Under the pieces are notes generated by a model, which was given only the letters and a program-made list of their open reading frames with translations, did no database searches and was not told where the DNA came from. A stretch of DNA of 64,000 nt, from NCBI GenBank assembly GCA_963668645.2, contig CAXXWC010000018.1:96001-160000 (forward strand). The letters run 5' to 3'. Made by a program: the position numbers and the translations under genes. Each line of letters opens with the position of its first letter. The stretch's first letter is position 1. Below are positions 56,001 to 64,000 of the stretch, piece after piece. This DNA comes from Desulfobacterales bacterium (GTDB taxonomy: Bacteria; Desulfobacterota; Desulfobacteria; Desulfobacterales; UBA2174).

Positions 56001-57194
56001 CTCAACGTGGGGATTAACGAGCAGATCGCCGAGGGGATCGCCGCCAGCACCGGCAACGCCTGGTTTGCCTGGGACTGCTACCGGCGCTTTACCCAGTGCA
56101 GTGGAATGGCCTTCGGCCTGGAGCGCGACGCTTTTGACGCCATTATCAGCGATTTTAAACGGCGCAACGGGATTCCTTTCAAACGCCATTTGTCCGGCGA
56201 TCAGATGCGCGAGGTGGCTCTGGCTTACAAAACCCTGGTTCAGGACCACGATATCCAGGTGCCTGAAGCGCCCTTCGATCAGCTGGTGATGGCTGTGCGC
56301 AGCGTTTTTGCATCCTGGCAATCAAGCCGGGCCCGCACCTACCGGAAAATTATGGGGATTTCCGACGACTGGGGCACGGCCGTGACAGCCCAGAAAATGG
56401 TCTTCGGCAACCGCAGCCGTTCCTCGGGAACCGGTGTCTTTTTTACCCACAACCCGCGCTGGTCCGGTGACATCCTCAAACTATGGGGGGATTTTACCAT
56501 CGGCAACCAGGGCGAGGACGTGGTCAGCGGGCTGGTCACCACCCTGCCCATCTCGTTGTTTCAGCAGGAACGCGAGATGCGCGAGACCGACATCACCCTC
56601 GAGACCCATTTCCCGGAGATCTACATGCGCCTCAAGGAATGGGCCAACACCCTCATCTACCGCCACGGGTGGAGCCCCCAGGAAATGGAGTTCACCTTTG
56701 AAGGCCCCACGGCAGAAGACCTCTATCTGCTTCAGACCCGGGACATGGCGATCCGCGAACGTAAAAAGGTGTTCACCTTTGACCCCGAGGAGATTGATCC
56801 GGCCCGCCAGCTGGGCCACGGGATCGGCGTTTCCGGCGGGGCCATGGCCGGCCGGCTCGTTTTTACCCTGGAGGAAATCGACCGCTGGCGGCAAGAGGAG
56901 CCTGAAACCCATCTGATCCTGGGACGCAACGATACGGTGCCCGACGACATCCGGGAGATCTATTCCGCCGACGGCCTGCTCACCGCTCGCGGCGGGGTCA
57001 CCAGCCACGCCGCGGTGGTGGCTCACCGGCTGGAGAAGACCTGCGTGGTGGGGTGCACGACCCTGGTCTGCGACGAACAGCGGCGCGAGTGCCTTTTCGA
57101 ACGGGTCACGTTGCATTCCGGGGATTTTATCAGCATCGACGGCCAGGCCGGGATCGTTTACCAGGGCCGTTTGAAGGCCCATGCAGCGCCGTGA
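53016..57194 (+). CDS. PPDK-like dikinase: about 900-aa unknown N-terminal region + ATP-grasp + phospho-His swivel domain, no PEP/pyruvate barrel
   Basis: LGTKG...PVPPGFIITT, SVRSGA..SQPGMMDT, QGEDVVSG, LLQTR and GGVTSHAAVVA motifs; ends right after IDGQAGIVY. Confidence 0.85.
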   Translation: MIRSKALEANIADYHIDVAIDPRYAVLQEVMSRYYGIMEGVATFLKELSHPYKSWSFIVQEARTYALDYFHLLVLNPQGGAAAQRFVEIFFRVLDSERSDAAVRSDAADNLLVFVDKMIRDSGVDLARFMPALTDVFQRLIGYDADRFMIFVRSHYQLPRLAEALVQAAPADADLGACNQALVRYFQSTYRYWLDQPDPQDWFTGQMEDALGSGLEHIFQDLGHTDIVAWQRRLEDLIAGGGLPQSALTRHLVGLTSYARIVERYRLIPRRLLAAGGQKGNGQRWKIIFLFHIMNIPGLGMIHEETLRDINRTLSWLIANEPDYRVKRLIDRTFAILKTRTLEFPATALNCVLTMGKGVYKTDDSELVNYFIDAVIDLGFQAPMIGGVGDDWQIKVNSAHLQNIRTWLALIQRNPKWSPRLISYLIIHLSLCGVFIKDTDLFQRDITNLLNSGIAPVYNLAKQLARLFPVYFNDIGAEGRLRDISTQADELLHRRDPLVHFLRKQSHVESSSRVLDLMEATLTFWESGDKQVLEAFLPPYLHAQIDSRGPWVDGSRRILAHLRGQGMDLPRGLLEGPEERIGAWIGEVEGVDRIDRERVRLMVAFYRMLHQKYNLVFVDMNAYLALLRTEAFPDLDQLQAALEEPDVKTRLNRLLDYSERLKELLLGDKLYEIREDIYKKRHFTVDIPSMYGSYHELKFDALGLAFRIESLANALFDRIIEELDLSLITKATFFQIYDRLRLFQKAMRVDGLSSIELERQLELLAHSLEVRGFTFTQYLDIFKGFALAVKNVISDHFNNIHEANLNRILDQIPERQILSKFMPSEQCADPERLRHRISEIFFRDQIAMSLGLQQLDRFLGRILSTLFHQADRLPKDKLHLLLNFDPQRAMTPIDPPKARVAGIIYLGTKGYNMVQLKRFGMPVPPGFIITTEAFRCRTLIEGYPRAEQNFRDQINRHLAGLEAQTGLRFGAPDNPMLLSVRSGAAISQPGMMDTFLNVGINEQIAEGIAASTGNAWFAWDCYRRFTQCSGMAFGLERDAFDAIISDFKRRNGIPFKRHLSGDQMREVALAYKTLVQDHDIQVPEAPFDQLVMAVRSVFASWQSSRARTYRKIMGISDDWGTAVTAQKMVFGNRSRSSGTGVFFTHNPRWSGDILKLWGDFTIGNQGEDVVSGLVTTLPISLFQQEREMRETDITLETHFPEIYMRLKEWANTLIYRHGWSPQEMEFTFEGPTAEDLYLLQTRDMAIRERKKVFTFDPEEIDPARQLGHGIGVSGGAMAGRLVFTLEEIDRWRQEEPETHLILGRNDTVPDDIREIYSADGLLTARGGVTSHAAVVAHRLEKTCVVGCTTLVCDEQRRECLFERVTLHSGDFISIDGQAGIVYQGRLKAHAAP

Positions 57195-57448
57195 AACAGA
57201 ATGGCAAAGCGACTTGCCTTCAGGCTCCATGCGCCTTGCATGCCGTCGGGGCCTATGATAGGATCGCTTAAAATAGACTAAGTATCAGGTCTCACTGGAG
57301 GAAAAGAATGAAAAGGGCTGATGGCCACCGGGCTGGACCGCACTTTTCCAAAAGTGGAGTTGTGCCTTTGACAGGAAAAGGGGTTCCGATTTCCCTTTGG
57401 TGATTCGCAACTGCCCCACGGCTATTTCGTGGTGATAGGAGACCCGGC

Positions 57449-58708
57449 ATGGAAAAGCATGATGCCGACAGCGATTTGGTTTTGGGCATCAACGGATTGG
57501 GCCGCATCGGCAAGTTGACCCTCTGGCACCATATCGGCCGGCGGTTTTTCGGTAAGATCGTGGTCAACCTGGGACGCAAGGTCGGCACCGGGCTGGCCGA
57601 TATCGCCCATTACATCGAGCGCGATTCCACATACGGCGCCTTGCACACCTATCTGTACGGGCACCTGGCCCGGCCCCTGATCACGGATCTGGACGAAGAG
57701 GCCGGCACCCTGCGCATCGACGGCATCCCGGTGCACCTGCTGCGCGAGCAGCGCGATCCGGCCGAGATCGGCTGGGCCGATCACGACGTACGCCTGGTGG
57801 TGGACACCACCGGCCGCTTTCTCGATCCGACCCTGGGCGGAGATGCGCCGGGCGGTGCTTTGCGCGGCCACCTGGACAGCGGGGCCGAGAAGGTGATCCT
57901 TTCCGCCCCGTTCAAGATAAAGGCCAAGGGGGCCGCCATGCCGGCCGACGCGGTGACCACCGTCATGGGCGTCAACGCCCACCAGTACGATCCGCGGCGC
58001 CACCGGCTGGTATCCAACGCCTCGTGCACCACGACCTGCCTGGCCCACATGATGCGCCCGCTGATCAACCATTTCGGGGCACGGCGGATTTTATCGGCCT
58101 CCATGGCCACCGTGCATGCGGCCACCGGCAGCCAGCAGGTTCTAGACCGTATGCCTGGAAACGGCAAGACCGATCTGCGCAAGAACCGCAGCATCCTCAA
58201 CAACATCATCCTCACCACCACCGGCGCGGCCAAGGCTTTGAGTCTGGTGATCCCGGAAATGGCCAATATCGGGTTTATTGCCGAATCGGTGCGCATACCC
58301 ACCAGCAGCGGTTCACTGATCATTCTGGTGCTCAATCTTCAAGAAGAGCCGGACGGCGAGTCGATCCGTTCATTGATGATCAAGAACGTCTATCGCCAGG
58401 CGATGGCAGACGATCCCAATGGTTATCTGCACTATACCGACAAGCAGAACGTATCGGTGGACATCATCGGCGCGCCGCGGGCCGCGGCCGTTATCGAAGG
58501 GCACGAGATCCATACCCGCACCGCGGAGATCTGCATCGATCTGAAGCAGACCGCCGGCCTCGACGCCAAAATCGTCGAAGCCCTGCCCGATACCCTCCTG
58601 CGTATCCCCGTGACCCAGGCCGTAATCTACGGCTGGTACGACAATGAGATGGCCTCCTACGTCAACCTGCTCGGGGACCGCACCGTATCGATCGCCGAGC
58701 AGCTCTGA
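57449..58708 (+). CDS. gap: Divergent glyceraldehyde-3-phosphate dehydrogenase-family protein (419 aa)
   Basis: GINGLGRIG, SNASCTTTCL, TVHA, TTTGAAKA and WYDNE motifs; carries several insertions. Confidence 0.85.
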   Translation: MEKHDADSDLVLGINGLGRIGKLTLWHHIGRRFFGKIVVNLGRKVGTGLADIAHYIERDSTYGALHTYLYGHLARPLITDLDEEAGTLRIDGIPVHLLREQRDPAEIGWADHDVRLVVDTTGRFLDPTLGGDAPGGALRGHLDSGAEKVILSAPFKIKAKGAAMPADAVTTVMGVNAHQYDPRRHRLVSNASCTTTCLAHMMRPLINHFGARRILSASMATVHAATGSQQVLDRMPGNGKTDLRKNRSILNNIILTTTGAAKALSLVIPEMANIGFIAESVRIPTSSGSLIILVLNLQEEPDGESIRSLMIKNVYRQAMADDPNGYLHYTDKQNVSVDIIGAPRAAAVIEGHEIHTRTAEICIDLKQTAGLDAKIVEALPDTLLRIPVTQAVIYGWYDNEMASYVNLLGDRTVSIAEQL

Positions 58709-58758
58709 CGGCATTGCGAGGCGGAGTCGAATTTACGCGGGATTTTGATCTTCGAATT

Positions 58759-58842
58759 TCATCTCTCATCCCACAGAGTTTCCAGCGGCATGGTGAAAAA
58801 ATCCGCCAGTGCAATTCCTTGTTCGCCTACCGGGATCTTGCG
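58759..58842 (-). pseudogene. Possible 3' remnant of an AAA/DUF4143-type ATP-binding protein
   Basis: RKIPVGEQGIALADFFTMPLETLWDER* resembles, from memory, the LVG..GI.LE.F...P...W C-terminus of such proteins; no upstream part present. Confidence 0.3.
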
Positions 58843-58942
58843 GAGACGATGAGACGCGGCAGGGAAAAGCTTGGCAGGGGATGTGGCTGAATTCAAAGTC
58901 GACCGATGTGACCATCGCCTTTTTCCCCGTGTATATAAAAGC

Positions 58943-59536
58943 ATGAAACCGGCACACTCGGCCAAATATCTCGTCCAATCGCTGCGCCGCCTGCCGGCGG
59001 CCGAACCGCCCCCTGGCCTCAACCATCGCATCATGGCGGCCTTGCCGCGCCGCAGGGGTCTGGCGGGCCGCCTGGAATACGGCGTCCGTACGGCCCTTCA
59101 CGGGCAGGCCGGAGGTTACCTGCTGCCCTCCGGTCCGGCCGAAATGGGCCTTCTGGTCTTGAGTACCGGCTTGTTTTTCTGCTGCCTGACCGCGGTCATC
59201 TCGTTGAGGTTGCGTCTTCCGGATCATCTTTACGCCTTTTTACCGGCTTTTGCGGCTGGTCTGCTGTTGATGCACCATGGATGGCGGCAGCTCCAAACCC
59301 CGGACAAGATGATCGTGTTGCGCTCCGGGTTGGCGGTGGTCTGCGGCATTTTTGCCGTCAACGCGATCCTGGGGCTCTTTTACGGGGTTCATTCCGGACC
59401 GGGCCTCATCGCCACTTGGCTCGGCCTGTCTGGAATCATGGTGGCCGGCGCCATCACTCTGGTGCTGGCGGCTGTGCCCAGGGCCCGGCGCCGCTATTCG
59501 GCTACTGTGGGGGCGGTTTTCAACCGCGATCACTGA
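58943..59536 (+). CDS. Membrane protein with anti-sigma-factor-like N-terminus
   Basis: LRRLPAAEPPPGLNHRIMAAL followed by about 4 TM helices; start uncertain (58871 or 58943). Confidence 0.55.
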   Translation: MKPAHSAKYLVQSLRRLPAAEPPPGLNHRIMAALPRRRGLAGRLEYGVRTALHGQAGGYLLPSGPAEMGLLVLSTGLFFCCLTAVISLRLRLPDHLYAFLPAFAAGLLLMHHGWRQLQTPDKMIVLRSGLAVVCGIFAVNAILGLFYGVHSGPGLIATWLGLSGIMVAGAITLVLAAVPRARRRYSATVGAVFNRDH

Positions 59537-59963
59537 CATTTTGGGCTTCGCATTTCGCATTTACCCTTCAACGCCTTCGCGCCGTGTCGTCTTGACGCTT
59601 TGTCGAACATTTCATACCCTGTAGCAAAACGGCACCTTGTTGAGCCTGATAAAGGAAAACACCATGCCGGTGACTATCGACAGAAGAAGGAAGCATCAAT
59701 TTGCCGGTTTCGGTCAGGACGGAACTCGACGATGCCGAACTGATGCCGAATGGAAAATTCATCGCTGATTTGTTGAAATGTAAATGCAATATTGCGTAAA
59801 ACGGCCGTAGAACGTCCTGCAGCCTCCCTTGTCCTGACTGTGTCCCTGCCAACATTCAACAAACGTCCGCCTGCCTTGTTCGGAATTTGTCGGAGTCCCG
59901 TATTTTATCCTTGACGAAAAGGACAAAATAGCATTATTATGTCCTCCATACAAAGGATATAAG

Positions 59964-61244
59964 ATGAAAGAGGCCTTCAAAAGGATCATCACCGACTTTC
60001 AGGAAAGAAAATTACCTCCGACAGTACCGCGGGAAGTTCAGATCCCCCTGGATACCGGCAAAATCGTCTCGCTTGTGGGCGTGCGACGCAGCGGCAAAAC
60101 CTCGATCATTTACCAACTCATTGAAAAACTGAGGGAAAACTGTGACCCTGCCAATATCGTATACGTCAATTTTGAAGACGACAGACTTTTTCCGTTGCAA
60201 TTGTCCCACCTTAAAGACCTCGTAGAGGCCTATTACGAGTTGCATCCGGCTAAGAGAGAAGAGCGCATCTATCTCTTTTTGGATGAGATTCAGAATGTAG
60301 CAAGCTGGGAGCTGTTTGTCCGAAGAATTTATGACACCCTTAACGTTCAGATATTCATTACGGGCTCTTCGTCAAAACTGATGAGCGCAGAACTGGCCAC
60401 CTCTCTTCGCGGCCGGGCGATCATTTATGAAATCTTTCCGTTTTCATTTTCCGAATTTCTGTCCTTTCGGGGTGTTGAGGTCAACCTTAATTCTTCAAAG
60501 TCGTTGAGCTATATCGCTAATGCTTTCAATGACTACATCTACCAAGGAGGTTTTGCTGAGACCATCAATGCACTGCCGGCCATAAGGTCAAAAATACTTA
60601 GAGATTACGCCGACATGATTATCTATAAAGATATTGTCGAGCGGTACGGTATCCAAAACCTGACGCTGATGAAGCATCTTGTAAAGTACTGCTTTACGAA
60701 CATGGCCACGGCTGTTAGTATGAACAAACTCTACAACGATTATAAATCTCAGGGATTCAAGCTCGGAAAAGACACTCTTTTCGAGTATTTTTCTTATCTT
60801 GCGGAGGCGTTTGCCGTATTCAGTGTACCGGTTTTCAGAAACTCCGTTCGGGAAGAACAGCGCAACCCCAAGAAAATCTATGCCGTAGACAATGGATTTA
60901 AATCCATTTTTGATGTTTCCTTATCACCTGATCATGGAAGGCTTTACGAAAATGCGGCATTTTTGCATTTGAGGCGAAAAACCGCTGAAATATATTATTT
61001 TTTACAAAAACAGGAAGTGGACTTCTACTGCCAAACTGAAAATGGGCCATTTGTCGCCAATGTCTGCTACGATATCAATGATCCTCAAACGCGCCGTCGC
61101 GAGATCAACGGCCTGGTAAAAGCTTTAAACTATTTCGACTGCCCCCAAGGTTACCTGCTGACGGGAAGACATGAGGAAACACTCCGCCAAGATGGTAAAG
61201 AGATCGTGATTTTACCTTTGTGGAAATGGATGTTGGCGAGCTGA
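59964..61244 (+). CDS. AAA+ ATPase with DUF4143 C-terminal domain (COG1373-like)
   Basis: GVRRSGKT Walker A, FLDEIQ Walker B, ITGSSS, GGF, KKIYAVDNG and EVDF motifs. Confidence 0.9.
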   Translation: MKEAFKRIITDFQERKLPPTVPREVQIPLDTGKIVSLVGVRRSGKTSIIYQLIEKLRENCDPANIVYVNFEDDRLFPLQLSHLKDLVEAYYELHPAKREERIYLFLDEIQNVASWELFVRRIYDTLNVQIFITGSSSKLMSAELATSLRGRAIIYEIFPFSFSEFLSFRGVEVNLNSSKSLSYIANAFNDYIYQGGFAETINALPAIRSKILRDYADMIIYKDIVERYGIQNLTLMKHLVKYCFTNMATAVSMNKLYNDYKSQGFKLGKDTLFEYFSYLAEAFAVFSVPVFRNSVREEQRNPKKIYAVDNGFKSIFDVSLSPDHGRLYENAAFLHLRRKTAEIYYFLQKQEVDFYCQTENGPFVANVCYDINDPQTRRREINGLVKALNYFDCPQGYLLTGRHEETLRQDGKEIVILPLWKWMLAS

Positions 61245-61295
61245 TGTAAAGAGAGTTTTCCAACCTAAGCGTAATACATTTCCCATCACCCTTGG

Positions 61296-62153
61296 TTAAA
61301 AAAAATGTATCCCAGCCCAAAACCCTAAAACACCTATCGAGACTACATAAATGGCTGAAAAAAAATATCTGGCCAATCGTTCAGATGGATAAATTGCAGT
61401 TGTGATAAATAGAATAAGGCAGAAAAGAAAAAAAATTTTAACATAATTCAAATGAACGACAATAAATCCGAATGAAAAAATGGCCGCCGGGAACAAGGCG
61501 GCGATTCGCTTGCCGTAAGCAACGGCAAACGTTCTGTCTCCGATCAGCCTGTCCGCCTCAAAATCCATGATAGTGCTAAAAGCGTGAAAACCCATGACAC
61601 AAAAAGTAAAGTAATAAGCTTGAAGGGGGAAATGACCTATCTCTCCAGTAAAGCTGTAGCCTAATCCGAATGGGGCGAAAAAGCCGATGAGCCCTCCACA
61701 GATGACATCCAGAGGGGGGCGGGTTTTAAGTCTCCAGGGCGGGGCGGAATAAGTGTAAGATAAAACGAGCAAGGAAGCCGCGCAGTAAATATTAAAAATG
61801 TTGGTCGTGGCGATAGAACTTAAAAAGAATAGGACTGCAGCGGCCAGTGCTGTGATTTTGATCAGATCGTGCTGTTGAATCGGTAGAGAACCTTCTAATC
61901 CCCTTTTTCTAGGATTTAATCGATCAGCGATATGGTCTTGAATATCGTTGAATCCAAAAATAAAAAGGCATATAGGGAGGGCTAATAGGATAATCTGAAA
62001 TATCATTAAAGGTGTAAATTTATGTAAAAACTGAAATTTGTTTAGAGGTGAATCAGTCCGACCATAAAGTAATCCCATACAAAATACAAAAGGCATGCCT
62101 GGCCATAAAAAAGGACGGCTTGTTTTGAGTATAAGTAGTGTTTGTTGAAGCAT
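61296..62153 (-). CDS. UbiA-family prenyltransferase, lycopene elongase (CrtEb/LyeJ)-like
   Basis: SRPFLW, NDIQD...DRLNPRK, YSAPPWRLK and MGFHAFSTIMDFEAD motifs. Confidence 0.75.
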   Translation of the reverse strand: MLQQTLLILKTSRPFLWPGMPFVFCMGLLYGRTDSPLNKFQFLHKFTPLMIFQIILLALPICLFIFGFNDIQDHIADRLNPRKRGLEGSLPIQQHDLIKITALAAAVLFFLSSIATTNIFNIYCAASLLVLSYTYSAPPWRLKTRPPLDVICGGLIGFFAPFGLGYSFTGEIGHFPLQAYYFTFCVMGFHAFSTIMDFEADRLIGDRTFAVAYGKRIAALFPAAIFSFGFIVVHLNYVKIFFLFCLILFITTAIYPSERLARYFFSAIYVVSIGVLGFWAGIHFF

Positions 62154-62195
62154 ATCTATAGAATATGTTGAGATATAACATTTATTTCATTATAA

Positions 62196-64000
62196 TCAAT
62201 ATTGTAGAGGATAAGAGAATCCTTGAGTTCCTCCTATGGTCGCGCCTACCATTTGGGTTGCGAAGTCATCAAAGTAGGCATTGTTTGTCATACCATCTCC
62301 AAAGGTGTGAAGCCCAATTTCATTTTGAGTAAAATTAGATAAACTATGAGTTGTATATTTTGTTGTTCGAACGATAGAGTTTGGTTCTTCTGAAGTTCCT
62401 GTGAGCCAAAATGTGCTTGAGAAAGACGGATTCAGGTTCCAGTTTTGTATCAATGTAAAATGGTCCGTACTCTGATAGGCCCCTTGGTCATCAGACCAAC
62501 CATCTTCGGGGGGCCAGTTGATGTCATCAGTGGTTGGGGGGCTGCTCCAGCGCTTATTGGCATATCTTTTTGAGTCAAGAGGAGAGCCGTCAGGACTACC
62601 ATGTTGATCAGTATCTCCGACATAAACTCTGATATCGTTAACATTGCCATAGGTTCCATCTATCTTTTCTTCAATTCGTAATACAAGTGTGGTCCAGTCT
62701 TTGATATATTGCGTGCCGCTGGTTAGAATGTCAGAAAGAGATTCGAGTGCAACAAAACGAGCGCTGTAGTTGGAATAAGGCCGATAAACGTCTAACCACT
62801 CGTTATTATAGAAACTACCTTCAAACTCAGAGATGGTTATTGTCCCTCTGTAGTAACGCCTCCAGCCTTGCCAATATTGAGTCCGAGTGATATTGGCAAC
62901 AAGTGCCCGGGCACCACTGCTCTGCCCTTGAATAATGTCCCCAACATTTATCTCATTTTGTCCTCTGTCGTAGTCTATAGATGAAGAGGAAATCGGAGTA
63001 TCCACTTGCGCCGTTACATCGTTTTGCAGTATAAGTTGAAAAAGTTTTTCGTTCGTTTGAAATGTAGAATATTGCGAAGAAAGTGAAAGTGAAAGCGATC
63101 CAGAGATACCGTTGTCATTCGTATTGACGGCGGTTATATCGGCCCGGGCGCCACTGCTTTCGCCTCTTATGAAATATGAGTTCGAACCATTTTGAAAATA
63201 TGGGTACTGACCATTATTGAAGGTTATTGAGTCGTCAATAATTTTATAGGCAATCCAGTCAAGACCATGGCTTTGCCCTTCTGTCTTTCTCCATAATACG
63301 ATGGTTGCAGTGTCGTCAACGGGTACTAGAGAATTGTCGATGCCGTCATCATCGGTGCAAAAAAACAAAAAACAACTTGAACCATTGCGCCCCCTCTGAA
63401 GGGATAGGCCGAGGCTGGATAGACCGCTAATAGAGGATGACGATAACTTCATCCGGAAATTAATCCCGCCCATATAGTAATCATGTTGAGGCAATTTGAG
63501 CTTGACTTGTGCATCGTAGCTTAATGTCTTTTCATTTGCTTGCCAAGAAGCCAGAAAATTGGCATAATTTTGACTCCATTTAAGCGGAATTAAGCTCAAA
63601 AATATATCGTCTGAAAAAAATGAAGTACCACTATTGTAGGAGTATGTTCCTGTTACTTTAAGGGCATTATTTGCTGTTGTATCGCCGGATTTCGTTCCTC
63701 CTGATGCAGTGGCTATCGCATGTGAGCCAAATACGGAATCGTGCCAATTGCTGGCGGAATTAGAAGTACCCGGATTTGTATCAAAAGTGTCTGAATATGT
63801 AGTCTTTTGTGTATCGGAATCGGAACTATCCATAAAATCAACTGGGGTAATAAAGGTGACCGTTCTGCTAACGCCTGCATATGTCCCAATACTCTTTATC
63901 GTAAAAAAATCGTTAGGAATGATATCGGTGGTGGTTGATACGCTAAAAGTATCGGTGCTTTGTGGATCATCGGAATCGTAGATGCCATGCAATGTAGAAG
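62196..64000 (-). CDS. Large Ser/Thr/Asn-rich beta-strand surface protein, 5'-truncated by the window edge (possibly PilX/pilus-associated)
   Basis: Frame is open to the window end; composition suggests an extracellular protein; TIKSIGTY..VSRTV resembles the end of a PilX-type core; internal repeat present. Confidence 0.6.
   Translation of the reverse strand, partial: STLHGIYDSDDPQSTDTFSVSTTTDIIPNDFFTIKSIGTYAGVSRTVTFITPVDFMDSSDSDTQKTTYSDTFDTNPGTSNSASNWHDSVFGSHAIATASGGTKSGDTTANNALKVTGTYSYNSGTSFFSDDIFLSLIPLKWSQNYANFLASWQANEKTLSYDAQVKLKLPQHDYYMGGINFRMKLSSSSISGLSSLGLSLQRGRNGSSCFLFFCTDDDGIDNSLVPVDDTATIVLWRKTEGQSHGLDWIAYKIIDDSITFNNGQYPYFQNGSNSYFIRGESSGARADITAVNTNDNGISGSLSLSLSSQYSTFQTNEKLFQLILQNDVTAQVDTPISSSSIDYDRGQNEINVGDIIQGQSSGARALVANITRTQYWQGWRRYYRGTITISEFEGSFYNNEWLDVYRPYSNYSARFVALESLSDILTSGTQYIKDWTTLVLRIEEKIDGTYGNVNDIRVYVGDTDQHGSPDGSPLDSKRYANKRWSSPPTTDDINWPPEDGWSDDQGAYQSTDHFTLIQNWNLNPSFSSTFWLTGTSEEPNSIVRTTKYTTHSLSNFTQNEIGLHTFGDGMTNNAYFDDFATQMVGATIGGTQGFSYPLQY

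Noticed and set aside
53016..57194. Calling this gene ppdK
   Set aside because: The PEP/pyruvate-binding C-terminal domain is missing, so the symbol would overstate its function.
57202..57217. Sigma54-like TGGC...TTGC upstream of gap
   Set aside because: GG to GC spacing is 11 nt instead of the required 10.

Overview
High-GC chromosomal segment that, judging from its gene content, comes from an anaerobic sulfate-reducer-like deltaproteobacterium (Desulfobacterales-like; this is an inference). From left to right it holds: (1) the start of a cytochrome c-associated Rnf operon (cyt c-rnfC-rnfD-rnfG-rnfE, minus strand); (2) a radical SAM gene and a dcw cluster (mraZ to ftsZ) lacking murB and ddl; (3) a divergent polyamine unit with a eukaryote-type AdoMetDC and speE; (4) a HEAT/cNMP/PilZ protein and a split purH; (5) a putative 2-hydroxy-acid locus (LarA-superfamily protein, TAXI-TRAP, a broken GntR, an FAD/Fe-S oxidoreductase); (6) threonine aldolase and a CoA-transferase-GNAT fusion; (7) the carbonyl branch of the Wood-Ljungdahl pathway (acsD-cooS-acsB-acsC-acsE); (8) a 1392-aa PPDK-like dikinase lacking the PEP/pyruvate domain, followed by a divergent GAPDH; (9) an AT-rich accessory tail (AAA/DUF4143 ATPase, lycopene-elongase-like UbiA protein, a truncated large surface protein). 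The best candidates for undescribed biology are the orphan-substrate dikinase plus GAPDH module next to the acs operon, the Rnf with apparently lost flavin sites in RnfC and RnfD, the long repeat tail on AcsD, and the inverted MraZ-box arrangement. No tRNA, rRNA, CRISPR array or intact transposase was seen. All family calls come from reading motifs by eye, not from database searches.
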